This document shows, piece after piece, positions 36,814-51,377 of a DNA stretch of 64,000 nucleotides (position 1 is its first letter; every line of letters starts with the position of its first letter). The DNA comes from Eledone cirrhosa (lineage: Eukaryota). The translations under genes were made by a program, and so were the position numbers. Below the pieces are notes generated by a model that was not told where the DNA came from, searched no databases, and saw only the letters and a program-made list of their open reading frames with translations. The stretch is from assembly GCA_964016885.1 (NCBI GenBank), contig OZ024746.1:62062001-62126000 (forward strand), given 5' to 3'.

Positions 36814-37590
36814 CAAAAATGAAACGAAATTTCATTTCTCACTCTTAGTACGGCTGTTACTTAAATATAAGTATGTACACGTACATACATAGATGTATAC
36901 AGACGTACAGTAGTATGTATATATATATACATACATGCACACATATATATATGTACGTATGGATTCACCGAACATTTATTATAATGCTCGGTGTGTTTGT
37001 AAACAGACATCCCTAATTAAGCCGTACAGTGTCTAGTAACCACCATTGCTCATTTGTTCAACACTGACAAAGGAACGCTGTACTAGTTTCAAGCTTATTA
37101 GCTATCATCAGCAATATATTAGCTATCGTCAGTATATATATATACATACTACTGTACGTCTGTATACATATATGTATGTACGTATACATACTTATATTTA
37201 AGTAATAGCCGTACTAAGAGTGAGAAATGAAATTTCGTTTCATTTTTTCCGTTTATCGTTTTCGGTACCCCGGCCGATTAACTCACTCGATATGCAAATT
37301 AGGCTGCTCAGCCGTTAATATGCATAAGGAAAGTATATACTTTCAGACATTCAACCATATGGCAGGAAGGTATACGTTGCTGACGATAGCTAATAAGCTT
37401 GAAACTAGAACAGCGTTCCTTTGTCAGTGTTGAACAAATGAGCAACGATGGTTGCTAGACACTGTACGGCTTAATTCGGGATGTTTGTTTACAAATACAC
37501 CGAGCATCATAATAAATGTTCGGTGAATTCATACGTACATATATATATGTGTGCATGTATGTATATATACATACTACTGTACGTCTGTAC
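36812..37590 (+). mobile_element. Family F: inverted partial copy (36815-37133) plus just over one forward unit (37134-37590), two hammerhead cores
   Basis: Minus core at ~37075-37113 is CTGATGA..GAAACTAGTA. Plus core at 37374-37416 has the cleavage triplet mutated (CTAGAA). Confidence 0.8.
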
Positions 37591-37592
37591 AC

Positions 37593-37702
<110 letters not shown>

Positions 37703-37985
37703 TGCTGACAATTGTTTCTCTGAACTGGTAGGTCTAGAGATCGCTACCCGCCTGTTTCTGCGTCAATCGATCACCAATACATAGTCATATACCAGTTCAG
37801 AGAAACAATTATCACCAATGTGAATAAAGCCCTTATTGTATAGCAAACCATGTCACTCTTCTTTCTTGATTTATCATTACTCCAAGTGTAAACTACATAG
37901 AAACCACCGCGTACTTGCAGCATCACTATGGAAACGAATGGTTGAGTCAAACTTAGTCAAGCGTTGATACTATCCACTACTCTAA

Positions 37986-38027
<42 letters not shown>

Positions 38028-38363
38028 TATATAGAGAATATTTACGTATCGAGAGAGAGTAGGAGGGATAGGTGATACATGCAGTTATTTGCCAATAGCG
38101 TATGCAGAGGGTGCTCAATACTAGTGCCGGCAGTGTTAAATATTAGAAGTGTTAATATCTAGTGGGCGACAGAGTTAGCAGAGCGGAAGCACGTGGAGAA
38201 GTAAATATAGGAGAACAAACCGTTAAAACATGTTTATTTAAAATAGCACCTACCTACGTTTCGCCTGAATGGGCTTCTCAAGGGCATAAATAACTAAAAG
38301 GTATTCCTTAGATGACTCGCAATGGTTATATATATATATAGAGATAGATATATATATATATAT

Positions 38364-38558
38364 AACGAAGGAAATGTGGTAAGGAACCAGATGGACCATA
38401 ACGCACCAAAGTACTCAATACTTAGGGTAGTAGAGTGGGTAATAGGAACGAGTAGGACCCCGACGGCTGAGCTCAAGCCGTTTCGACGGCTAATTCTTGT
38501 CCAGAATTAGCCGTCGAAACGGCTTGAGCTCAGCCGTCGGGGTCCTACTCGTTCCTAT
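38364..38558 (-). mobile_element. Family A fold-back element
   Basis: Perfect arms 38442-38497 / 38503-38558 plus tail. Confidence 0.75.
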
Positions 38559-38569
38559 ATATATATATA

Positions 38570-39141
38570 TAGTAAGTAAGTTAATTTTTATAATTTTCTT
38601 ATTTTACGTCTTTCATATAATTGTTCTGCATCCCCTTGCATTGAACCACAAAGTTACTAAGACAAAACCTATATATTTGCTAGCATAGGTATGCATCTGT
38701 ATATATATGTTGGTAGATATACTAATTCTTTATAATTATCTCCAAATTATTTTGTTGAGCAAAAATTTGCCAAAACTGTTACTATAGTTCATAGTAATAG
38801 TTCGGCTACTGTCTTCTTAACACCCCACTCCTCACTGATTAACCTCGATGTCAGGTGATTGATTCTTTTGAATTTGCCACCGACCAAGTAGGCAGTGATT
38901 TTTTCAATGTCTTGGAATTTAGTCCTCGCTTGCTTTTTTCCATCCACTGAATTATTTTTGTATAAGTTCCCTGTGTCCACGCATCGCCTGGGAACTTAGC
39001 TGAGAATTGACTTCCTGATGACGAAAGGCATTCTCCATGTTGTTCCATTCGGAAACCATGTTTATTCCCTTTCAGAAACTAATTAGTTGGAGTGAAATTT
39101 TAGTAAGTAAGTTAATTTTTATAATTTTCTTATTTTACGTC

Positions 39142-39149
<8 letters not shown>
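38570..39149 (+). mobile_element. ~531-bp unit bounded by 49-bp direct repeats, with a hammerhead-like core
   Basis: TAGTAAGTAAGTTAATTTTTATAATTTTCTTATTTTACGTCTTTCATAT at both ends. CTGATGA-CGAA...TTCG-GAAACCATG at 39015-39060, with stem I not evident. Confidence 0.5.
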
Positions 39150-39192
<43 letters not shown>

Positions 39193-39459
39193 AGATACAT
39201 GTGAGGCTGTGTGGACCAGGCGTTCCTAATGTTGTAAATGCTATTGCTACCTTTTTTGTTGTATTTAATAGTGTACTGTCATTGAATATGTTAAATATGT
39301 CCCAAATATGGGATCTTCTTCTACTTTCACTTATTCCCGAGAGGGTCGTGGGGGAAGAGTCCTCACACACACCTTCCAGCGGGTCCTATCAGAAACAACT
39401 GTCTCCAACTGATCCGCCTGGATCCCAAAGTGCAACTAACCGAGCTCATATGTGTTATC

Positions 39460-39995
39460 TAACTATCTTGCCCGCTTTCTAGCCTCTGGCTTTCCTGCCA
39501 GTTCGTTTTTCCTTGCACAGATATCCTAATCACATGTCCGTAATATCGGAGTCGTGATCTCTCAATTCGAAGAAGTAGCGGTTCTACCTGGAGCGACTCT
39601 CTGATCTCTGAGATACGCACTCTATTGAGTAACGCTACTCTAAAGATCCTTCGGAGGGACCCCATTTCGGGCGCTTGTATTCTCGATTGTTTTCTTTCGG
39701 TCATTACACATGATTCATGACCATGGGGAAGAGTAGACACGAACATCGAATTAAAGATAGCGAGTTTGGCTTTAACACCTATCTCACTTCATCTGATCAC
39801 CGAATGCTGAAGTTGGCGCAGGTCCAGCATTTAATTCAGCCCCCTGTCTTTCACCACGGCCCCGAGATACTTGAACTTCTCCACCTGCTTTACAGTAACT
39901 CCACTTACATGTATAGTGCACTGCGCAGACTTCCTTGAGAGGACGAAAATCTCAGTGTTCATATGACTGATTTTCATTCCTGCCAAGCAGCACTC
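39460..39995 (-). pseudogene. RTE-clade LINE RT C-terminal fragment
   Basis: KQVEKFKYLG upstream, then TLPHGHESCVMTER..RIQAPEMGSLRRI..LLNRVRISEIRESLQVEPLLLRIERSRLRYYGHVIR, typical of RTE ORFs. Confidence 0.88.
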
Positions 39996-40318
39996 AATAA
40001 GTAAAACATGGGGAAGTTTCTCATCAATATTTTATTGATTATTGATTAGTCACGTACGTTTCACAGATGATTGGCTCAAGATCCTTACTTGTGTTAGGGA
40101 CCAGACTCCAGCACCAATCTGCTCATCTGAAGTCATCCAGTATCGCACGGAATATATATACATACCTATCTATACCCACGAGTATTTAGAATGAGTGTGT
40201 CTGAGCACAGCCAAAACACACAAGCATACACACACACACGCGTGCATATATGGGTACATACTTTCTTACATACATACGTGATGCAACATTACATACATGA
40301 ATGCATACGTACGTACAT

Positions 40319-40376
<58 letters not shown>

Positions 40377-40380
<4 letters not shown>

Positions 40381-40655
40381 TGGCTGCCAACTCGTTTTCG
40401 AGTATGGCCACTACTTTATATCCATGTAGGAGAAGCCCTACCGATGCGCTAAACGAGTGTGACTTTTCAGTCCATCCAGCGACTTGAAAACTCTGGTACA
40501 AACACTACTCTTGGGACAATTATTGACACATAGTGCTGGGCCCATGGTACCATGTGACGACAAGTGCAGAGAGATCTCCAGATATAAAGCAATGCCTGTG
40601 CCGTGAAGCTTTTATAGTGAGCAAAGGCACTGCACAAAGCCAGTCCCACTCTCTT
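40377..40655 (-). mobile_element. Family G retroposon, truncated
   Basis: Same fixed left boundary, shorter right extent. Confidence 0.85.
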
Positions 40656-41418
40656 ATATATATATACATACATACGTACATACACACACAGGCATACATA
40701 CATACATACATACATACATGCAAAAATTTGTGAAATTATTAAACCAGAAGAACATACATACACACGCATACATACATACACACGCATACATACATACATA
40801 CATACACACGCATACATACATAAATACATACATACATACATACATACATACATACATACATACGCACACATACATACACACGCATACATACATACATACA
40901 TACATACATACATACATACATACATACATACATACATAGTCTACAAATGGCTGCGATAGCTGGCACCTTCAAAATTTGCAAAACATTCTTGCGATTCAAG
41001 GGATGACAATTTCTTTTCTTTTACAACCTTGCCACCAGGAAGGTGGCCGGTCAAAAAAATATACTCGAAATTAAGAGAAAGAGATAACAGACATACATGC
41101 ATACAAGCACGGCTGGATTAAAACCTTTTCAGGCACTAAGGGCTGAAAAGATTATTGTGTCCCCATATAGAGTATATGGAAAAACATTCCCATATACTGA
41201 TCAGGAGAAAAACTTCGTGTAGCCCCTTTTAACTGGAGGCTCTAATCCCGTGTTTATTTTAGTCAGTGGTTAATCCCGAGCTTCATACAAGTGAGGGTGA
41301 AATAGGTGTAAAACTTGGTTATTAAAGGCCAATGTTGTTCAACACCTGGCTTTATGTTGTTGACACGTTCGGGAGTATAAAGATATATAGAAATAATATT
41401 CACTGCAGTTGTTACTGT

Positions 41419-41537
<119 letters not shown>

Positions 41538-41569
41538 ACATGGTCGTGTGGTGTGTGTGTTAACATGGT

Positions 41570-42250
41570 CGGGTGGCAGTATCGGTAGAGCGTCGGATAA
41601 CATTCTTTGCGACAAATTCCGCCTTTCATCCTATAAAATAAAGTACCTGTAACACACTGGGGGAGTCGATTTAATCGACTTTCCCCTCGCCCAAAATTGT
41701 TGGCCTTGTGCCTAAATCAGAAACCATTGGTGGATTGGCAGTATCGGTAGAGGGTCGGACGCCATGCTTTGAAGCATAGAGTTACCCCCCTTTATGAGCT
41801 GAGTTCAAATCCCGCCGAGGTTAACTTTGCCTTTCATCCTTGCGGGGTCGATAAAATAAAGTACCAGTAATGCACTGGGATAATTGCTGGTCTTGTGCCA
41901 AAAGTAGAAACAATTATTAACTGTTTAGAGGGCGGTGAATTAGCAGCATCGGTAGAGCGTCGGAAAACATGCTATTCGGCATTTAGTTACGGCCCTTTAC
42001 GTTTTAAGTTCAAATCTCGCCAACGTCAACTTTGCCTTTTAATCTTCCGGGATCGATCAATAAAGTACAAGTTAAGACTGGTTGGATATGACCTTCACCC
42101 AAAGTTACGGCCCTTTACGTTTCAAGTTCAAATCCTGCAGACGTCAAATTTGCCTTTTAATCTTTCGGGATCGATAAAACAAAATATCAGTTAAGACTGG
42201 TTCTATATAACCTTCACCCGAATTATTGACCTTGTGCCAATGTCAGAGAG
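41570..42250 (+). mobile_element. Head-to-tail cluster of about four SINE family H copies or fragments
   Basis: Repeated GGCAGTATCGGTAGAG heads and GCCTTT..ATC..GATAAAA cores. Confidence 0.8.
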
Positions 42251-43146
42251 AATTATTAACTGGTTAATAATCGTCGATTTCATTCACACGTTTATAATTA
42301 GCGTAAAAAAAGTCTCATATCTTAGATTTAACCCCAAAGTAACATGACCTGATAGCCACAGTGTTGGTGTTGTATGCAGGGCTGTACGTGTGTGTAAAGG
42401 CAACGGTATGAATAATTATGTGTGATTTATATAGTTGTAACCTGATTTATGTGCACGACTGATTAGAGGGTGATGTACATGTCTGTATATACATCGTGTG
42501 TGTTCGTATGTATTATGTGAATTTCCTTGTCTGTTTGTTATAAATTTCGCTAATTGCCTGTCGGTCAACCCTGAACGAGTAGATTTATGATCAAAAGCAT
42601 TACAGCCAGCCATGAATTTCCCATCGATTTTTTTTTTTTTCTTTTTCTCAGACATTGGACCATATTATCCATTAGATCCTGCCTTTATTTTTTTTTTATG
42701 ATGGTAGAGTGTAATTTAAAAGAGATTTAGCTGATATTTCTAGCAGCTCATGCAACTGTATAGAGGTCTCCTCGTTGGCTCTGTGTGATTGTGTTGTAAT
42801 TGTTAATAAAATACTTTACAATTGGATTATGGTAAATTTCAAGTAAAGTTTCGTTCCAACAATGTCGTATTGCTTAATACGATGTTGTTCTCCCCCACTC
42901 CTACTCCTTATAAATTCAGTTTTTACTGATGGCCGCGCTCAAGGTTAACACCCCGTCCCATGTATTTGTTTGCTTCAGCCCCTCCCCCCTCTTTCTTCTT
43001 CTTCTTCTTCTTCTTCTTCTTCTTCTTCTTCTTCTTCTTCTTCTTCTTCTTCTTCTTCTTCTCATACATATATACATAAAAAAACACACACTCTCTCTCT
43101 CTCACACACATATATCTATATATAAGTGTGTAGAAGTGTTTTTGAT

Positions 43147-43265
<119 letters not shown>

Positions 43266-43308
43266 TATATACATATTTACATATATATATATATGTGTAT
43301 ATATATAC

Positions 43309-43898
43309 ATGGTGGCTGCCAACTCGTTTTCGAGTACGGCCACTACTTTATATCCATGTAGCAGAACCCCTACCGATGCGCTGAACGAGTGTGACTTTTT
43401 AGTCCAGCCAGCGACTTGAAAACTCTGGTACAAACACTACACTTGTGACAATTATTGACACATAGTGCTGGGCCCATGGTACCATGTGACGACAAGTGCA
43501 GAGAGATCTCCAGATATAAAGCAATGCCTGCGCCGTGAAGCTTTTATAGTGAGCAAAGGCTCTGCACAAAGCCAGTCCCACTCTCTTAACCAAGATGATA
43601 TTTACCAAAAAGAAGAACAAGTCAACATCAATGGATACCATCAGGGTTGCAGGTGTTACATCAGAGTTTTCCTTCTAGAATTCTGCCTTGACAAAGGCTA
43701 AGGGGTCATCATTCCCGGTGATTTTGGATGGCCATTGAATCTTAAGAGCTCCTTTGCCCTTTGACAGGTTTTGTCCAAAGTCACCCTCCTCACCAAGAAA
43801 CCTTGGTGGGGTTGCCAGTTTAGTCGCCAACGACCCGACCATGTGACAGATTGTACTGGGATACATGTTACCAGTAGTACCAACTGGTGACCTGACAT
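43309..43898 (-). mobile_element. Family G retroposon, near full length (small internal deletion)
   Basis: Colinear with 30137-30746. Confidence 0.85.
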
Positions 43899-43941
43899 AT
43901 ATATACATACATATATACATACACACACACATATATATATA

Positions 43942-44012
<71 letters not shown>

Positions 44013-44017
<5 letters not shown>

Positions 44018-44205
44018 AACAAGTAGGACCCCGACGGCTGAGCTCAAGCCGTTTCGACGGCTAATTCTGGACTAGAATTAGCCGTCGAAACGGCTTGAGC
44101 TCAGCCGTCGGGGTCTTACTGGTTCCTATTAACCACTCTACTACCCTAAGTATTGAGTACTTTGGTGCGTTATGGTCCACCTGGTTCCTTACCACATTTC
44201 CTTCG

Positions 44206-44207
<2 letters not shown>
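44013..44207 (+). mobile_element. Family A fold-back element
   Basis: Arms 44013-44068 / 44074-44129 with 2 mismatches, plus tail. Confidence 0.75.
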
Positions 44208-44246
<39 letters not shown>

Positions 44247-44263
44247 TATATACATACATATAT

Positions 44264-44346
<83 letters not shown>

Positions 44347-44779
44347 GACACACATATACATCATCTTCTCTCCGTCCCCGTCCACACCTCCTCCTCTTTA
44401 TTGTTGTTTCTGGTCCTTGTTGTTGCTGTTGTTGCTGCTACTACTACTGCTGCTACTACTACTGTTGCTGTTGTTCTGCTATTTTAATAGTTTGTTATTA
44501 ATGTCTTGTATTGATAGTTGAATGAGCTTAAAAGGAGTTGAGCTCAAACATTCCCGGTTGTTTCTTATTTATACAGTCCGTCCAGCCAACTCTTTCCGAC
44601 CGGTAATGGTGGAATACTTTCAACCTTTCACTGTTGAAAAGCAATGGCAAATTAAGAAGAAAAAGAAAGTGAGACATAGAGAGAGAGTGAAGAAAAGAAA
44701 AAAGAGAGAAGAGAGAGAGAAAGTGACGAAAGCCAAACAAAATAAAATTGGGGTTGGGATCTTATTATTGCATACATAT

Positions 44780-44890
<111 letters not shown>

Positions 44891-44948
44891 TATATATATA
44901 TATTTATATATATATATACACAAATACATGTCTCTCTGTATATATATG

Positions 44949-44983
<35 letters not shown>

Positions 44984-45068
44984 TAGCTAATTTGGTCATT
45001 TGCAATTGGAACACATGTATACTTATATCTGTGTTCATCCCTCTCATATATCCAATTATATATATACA

Positions 45069-45104
<36 letters not shown>

Positions 45105-45109
45105 TATAA

Positions 45110-45293
45110 GTGTTAAAAACAAAAAACAAAAACAATAACGAAGAGTGCAGTACAAACAGTGTTAGTATTAGGTTCACGCTTGAGAGTGGGAGGGGGGCGT
45201 TTCGGGCATAAGCCCTTCATCAGGAGAAAAGTGGGAAGGGAAGGAGTTCCGAGGGTGTGAGGGTGGGGGTGGGGGTGGAAAGACATTAAAAGG

Positions 45294-45298
<5 letters not shown>
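45110..45298 (-). mobile_element. Family M copy
   Basis: Reverse complement CTGATGA-AGGGC ttat GCCC-GAAACG. Confidence 0.65.
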
Positions 45299-45340
<42 letters not shown>

Positions 45341-45341
45341 T

Positions 45342-45381
<40 letters not shown>

Positions 45382-45412
45382 TATATTAAGAAAAGAAAAG
45401 GTTCATAGGAGA

Positions 45413-45538
<126 letters not shown>

Positions 45539-45726
45539 GAGCATATAAAAGGCTGAAAAGGAAACAAACGATAAAAAGGAGTTTGGCGGGAAAGGTTATA
45601 TTCACTGAGATGAAGCTATGCATTACAAAATATTATAGATTGTTAAGACGAGACAATGTGGAGAAATGGGCGCTTATCTATTTTAATCCTTGTGCTTGTC
45701 TTTTTTTTTTTGTTTATACTGTCTAG

Positions 45727-46018
45727 GGGCGTGATTGACACGCGAAGTCGAGTTTGCGAAACTGAAACCGACAAAGGAAGCCAATATTTATTATTCGGAT
45801 TTGCCTTTTGGCAACTAAGTATTGACTTAAGTGAAAATTATTTCCAGCGTCGTGAACATTTTGAGACGAAGGTATTATTGGTGTGCGAAGTTTTAAGTTG
45901 CCCGACTATACAATACAGGCCATTTGGCAGGAGGAGTTGGCTACGCAACCGGGGCAGCCCTAACAGACTATTTTGTATAGAGAACAACCAGCAGGGAAGG
46001 GTGGCCATGGTTATCATG
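45727..46018 (+). other. Candidate exon in unique sequence (open frame, no recognisable homology)
   Basis: Long pyrimidine tract plus TAG acceptor at 45726, possible donor CAT|gtaaat, and a second strong acceptor (tttccag) at 46298. Confidence 0.25.
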
Positions 46019-46757
46019 TAAATGTTAGACTCCATTGATACTTTAAAAAGAAACTGCTCTTTTCTTGTCTTCTTTACCTCTCCTTATTTCTAAATTGCCT
46101 CCTTTCTTATCGTCATCTCACTACCACCCTCTCTCACCACATATACACACAGACACTCTCTTTCTCCTTCACCCATCCCTCTTTCATTCTCCCTCCTTTT
46201 CTCACACACATTTATTTACCTCTATAGATTGTGTTCTTTTTTTCTTGTATTCTTATTGTATTTTTTTTTTTATATTTTCTCTCTCCCCTTCTTTCCAGTA
46301 GAATGGCCTTAGCTACTAACTGTCCCGCGGCGCTTGTTATTTAGACAGCCTGTCAAAGGAAAAGAATAGCTGAGTAGTTTCACTTTCTCAACTAGAAAAT
46401 ACCTTTGTAAAGAATTTATCATCCTATACCATTACGTTTAATGAAACACGAAAATCACGAGGTTTGCCGTTTCAATCGAAAGGAGCTCTTAAAAATCTTA
46501 TGAAATATAATGACAGCAATACAAGATTGGATTCATTGTATACTCTATTGGATAAATAAATACCTCAATACCGCTAAATTATTGCAGTTTCAAATCTCGG
46601 CCGTACATTGTACTGGCGAACCACCTCCCGTATTCAGCAGTGTTGAATCTAGGCTGGAATGTCAAAAATTGAATTCAATCTTACTGTGACTATTTAAAAA
46701 TGGAAATGTTTGTGAGTCACACATACATACACACACACGCACACTCATACACACGCA

Positions 46758-46864
<107 letters not shown>

Positions 46865-46887
46865 GCACACACACAGATATATATATA

Positions 46888-47100
46888 AGTTAAAACAAAA
46901 AACAAAAACAATAACGAAGAGTGCAGTACAAAGTGTTAGTATTAGGTTCACGCTTGAGAGTGAGGGGTGGGGGACGACGTTTCGGTGATAAGCCCTTCAT
47001 CGGGAGAAAAGTGGGAAAGAAAAGAGTTCCGAGGGTGTGAGAGAGGGTGGTGGAAATACATTAAAAGGGGGTGGGGGTTAAGGGGAAGGAAAAAAATTAA
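46888..47100 (-). mobile_element. Family M copy
   Basis: Reverse complement CCGATGA-AGGGCTTATCACC-GAAACGTCGTC. Confidence 0.65.
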
Positions 47101-47559
47101 AATATATATATATGTATGTATGTGTGTGTGATGTTTGCATCTCAATTTCGAGAATTGCCATCACTTGATCCTTTTCTCTCACATGGGTGGTACAAACATG
47201 ACTTTTTAGCCCCCCGGGGGGACTTACATTTCTTTCTGCGGATGCTGTAGCGAAAGAAATAAGAAAATGTATTTTTCAACTCCGGCCAGCCAAGCTCGTG
47301 CAACACATGTGAAAGACGTTTAGATCAAGTCATGCCTGTGATTGACCCTTTTTTAAAGTGAAGAAAGACCTTACACTAAACCACAACGGTGACAGGTATC
47401 CATAATGAAGAACAGTTTAGCATCATAGACTGTCATCGAGGTTTCCTTCTCCTAGAATTATGTCCTAATAAAAACTAGGGATCTCTCACTTCCGATGGGC
47501 TAATTGCACGCTTGGGCACCAAACCGAGTATTTCCATAGGTAAGGCTGTAACTGTCTAA

Positions 47560-47782
47560 CCCTCTAGCATTTAAATTGGCCATATATGGCCAGAATTCTC
47601 TCACCTTTTTCAGTTGAAATCGACTGTAACTGGCTGCTCATACTTATGTTAAGGTATTGTTATCAAAATAAATAATATCAAAATCTCATAGATTCGATAT
47701 TATGTGAGATAATTATGTGAGGTAAAACCTTTACCATGAGAATATAATAGTATATATATAGGGTAATGTAAATGCTAAAGGG
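47560..47782. mobile_element. piggyBac-like MITE
   Basis: TIRs CCCTCTAGCATTTA / TAAATGCTAAAGGG, flanked by CTAA and TTAA. Confidence 0.65.
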
Positions 47783-49838
47783 TTAAACTTTACCTGTCAA
47801 TTTTCCCGAGACGGTAAAAATAGTACCAGTTAATGATTAGGTTCGATTTGATCGATTATACTCCACTCCCCAAAGGAAATATGTAGCTTTGTGTCTCTAT
47901 TAGAAATCCCTATTTGGGTGACTGACACTAAATATTCTCCTGCCTGTAGCTGAACAAAGCCATCAAGTCCAATCTATTCATTTGTGTTATTTATGTTTAT
48001 TAATGCTAAGTCTATAACCTTTATATGTATTTAAGACTAAAACTCATCAGAAAATGCCTGCCTATAAACTCCTAATCTTGCTGCTTCTATCAAGCAATGA
48101 TATTCCCATATGCTCTGTTGCACCTACAATTGTTGTTAAAAAGTGTATTCTAAGAATGATCAGAGATTTAAATAAACCTATAAACTACAATAGAAACAAA
48201 CAAGAAAATCAAAACAATCTTTGAAATCAGAATTAATATATTATCATGCGAACTTTATTGGAGAAAGCGAATTTCCATGGATACAACCTAGAAAAGCCAA
48301 TAAAGCTGAACTGTTACATTTTACAGCTTATTGCTTCCATGTGGTAGATCAGATAACGGAAATATTCAACTTTGCGTGCGCTAATTATTCCCTTATTATA
48401 ACCTATTCTTACACGCCAAAATCTATGAGCACGCCACATCTTGTAACGGACACTACATAATTTGATGTATTCTTTTTAATATCCTGTTAGGTTTATATAG
48501 TGAAATTATTCCACTTCTTTTATTGAGACCAATAAATGATAATTATAATGAGAAACTACATATTAATCTATATTATTTTACGTTCAAAGATATTTAATGC
48601 CCCGATTTTAAAAATATTGTTCGAAATATTTCTACCGAAAAAGACGAAGCTGAATTTTTAGTTGATGCAGCGAAGCTAGTCCATAATTTTACGCTCTATA
48701 ACCACCTTTCATGATTAATCTTGCATTTTTGTATAAAAGGATTTTATTTTATTTCAGTACTGTAAACCACTAAAATACCTCTGAAATTTAAATTAGTTTT
48801 TCGATTCACCATCAAGTCCTCTCACTGATTCAGATGGGACGAGGAATTTCAAGGATCCGTTTATGGGTACAATGGATGCTCATCTTTAATTCAGTTACAT
48901 GATTCGTATAGTATTTTATTTTCAGAAGAAAATATATATACATGCGTAAATTATTATACAGAAAGCTTAATGCAATATAATTATCGCCATTGATCCACTG
49001 ATATATTTTAGCAGTTTTTTAAACTTAATGGTGGTCCAGTCTAATCAGAACAATGGCGATATTGCTGATTTAATAATTTTACTTCTATATTAGAGAGGTA
49101 GTGTAAATGTTATTAAGCATTGTGATAAATTCTCTTCAACCCAGTTGCTGCAAATATTAATATATCTCTTCCAACATTGTTGTAGTTATTGATCAATCTT
49201 TTCCAATTATACTCTCAAGTGTATATTTCTACCGGAGAGCATTCCTAATTCGGGAATCCTCCAACGGATCTATCTGAGATGTGTGGAAGGTTACGAAACC
49301 ATTTTGTACGTATTTGTTCATTGTTTTGGTATGGTTGACTTGTAGAGTTATGTCAAACAACTGCTGTTGGCGTGTACAAGACAGATTGCCTATAATTCGG
49401 ATCCGTCGTGAAAATCACCCTCATCGCCATCCTTTGATCGGGAAGGGTAGATGGATTTTTCCGTCTGCTGGTCGTAACAAAGGTGGTTGAACGATGGAAA
49501 GATTAAAAGGACCGAATGCAGGCACCTCTCTGTTCGGCTCAGCCATTATTAATTTCCGCCAGTTCCACGAGGAGACAAAGTTGAAGGTGGAGAGTAATGT
49601 AAGCATGGGGAAGACGATACGGGTGGAGAGAAGTGTAGTGCACATCAATAAATTGTTGAAAGGCGGGTGAAGGGGGTGAACAGGACCCGAGTAAATAGGA
49701 GTACTCTCAGTATGTAACTTTAAACTAAAGAAGACAACCAGGAAAGAACAATTACATTTGGTTGTCATGATGATCCTGAATATTTGGGGTTTCTTGAATG
49801 GCTCTGGGTGGTTATCTCCTTCATATTGGTAACAATGT

Positions 49839-50112
49839 GGAGGCACCTGGCCTAGTGGTAAGGGTGTTGGACTTACGATCATAATGTCGTGGGTTCGATT
49901 CCTGGGTTGCGTGTGGTGTTCTTGAGGAAAACACTTTATTTCACGTTGCTTCAGTATACTCAGCTGAAAATGAGTACCAGCAATAGCTGGGGGTTTAACC
50001 CTGCGATGGAATGGCGTCCTGTCCAGGAAAAAGTCTTGTACTCTCAGTCGCTTCATGCCATGAAACCGGGATAAGCACCGGCCAAATGAGCCTTCTGGCT
50101 TAAGACAGACTT
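49839..50112 (+). mobile_element. tRNA-derived SINE family I (CORE-like plus V-domain-like)
   Basis: TGGCCTAGTGG A-box, GGTTCGATTCC B-box, TTCTTGAGGAAAACACTTTA, AACCCTGCGATGGA.TGGCGTCCTGTCCAGG. Confidence 0.85.
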
Positions 50113-50837
50113 CAGACTTTTTGGTGACATTATCACTGTTTATATATATAATTGTTATCTGTTGTAGAGTTTAATTCATCTTTACATGATGAACCTCTTC
50201 CCTTCCCGTCTGCTGTCACCGACGTCTTGAGTCCTTGTAATTAATAAAATATTGTTGTTATTGTTGTTGTTGATGATATGTTTTGTGTCGTCTGTTATTG
50301 AAAACGAAAACTAGATTAGCAAGAAGCTTTATAGATTGTTAACTAGAACGTTGAGATTCTTCTTCATAAGTTGCACACCCGTCTGAATAAACAAAAACTA
50401 GAGAGAACACAAACACATACAGCTTTACATACAATACATCGACATACACAATAGTACATAGACACACACACACACACACACACATAGAGTATTACATATA
50501 GTACACTGACATAATCATTAGCAATAACTACACATATATAGGGTGTGTTAACATACACAGACAGATTCAAATACATACATACTCAATGGCAGAATACACA
50601 TACACATACACACACTTTGAGACACTGATGAACAAATTCATACATACATATATACATATATACACACACATGCACATACATTCACATGCATACATACATA
50701 CATACATACATACATACATACATACATTCATTCATTCATACATACATACATACATACATACATACATGCATACATACATACATACATACATACATACATA
50801 CATACATACATACATACATACATACATACATACATAC

Positions 50838-51248
50838 ATGGTGGCTGCCAACTCGTTTTCGAGTACGGCCACTACTTTATATCCATGTAGGAGAACCCCT
50901 ACCGATGCGCTGAACGAGTGTGACTTTTTAGTCCAGCCAGCGACTTGAAAACTCTGGTACAAACACTACACTTGTGACAATTATTGACACATAGTGCTGG
51001 GCCCATGGTACCATGTGACGACAAGTGCAGAGAGATCTCCAGATATAAAGCAATGCCTGTGCCGTGAAGCCTTTATAGTGAGCAAAGGCACTGCACAAAG
51101 CCAGTCCCACTCTCTTAACCAAGATAATATTTACCAAAAAGAAGAACAAGTCAACATCATCGGATACCATCAGGGTTGCAGGTGTTATATCAGAGTTTTC
51201 CTTCTCCTAGAATTCTGCCTTGACAAAGGCTAAGGGGTCATCTCTCCC
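50838..51248 (-). mobile_element. Family G retroposon, truncated
   Basis: Same fixed left boundary next to (TACA)n. Confidence 0.85.
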
Positions 51249-51377
51249 TAGACATATATATACATACATACGTACGTACATACATACATACATACATACA
51301 TACATACATACATACATACATACATAGACACATACACATACATAAATGCATGCATACATACATACATCCATATATAA

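Noticed and set aside
41109-41270. Possible old hAT-like MITE (CACGGCTGGATTA / TAATCCCGTG)
   Set aside because: The TIRs are too degenerate and there is no TSD.
49839-49915. tRNA genes at A-box/B-box motifs
   Set aside because: No complete cloverleaf forms, and the motifs are heads of multi-copy SINEs (families H and I).
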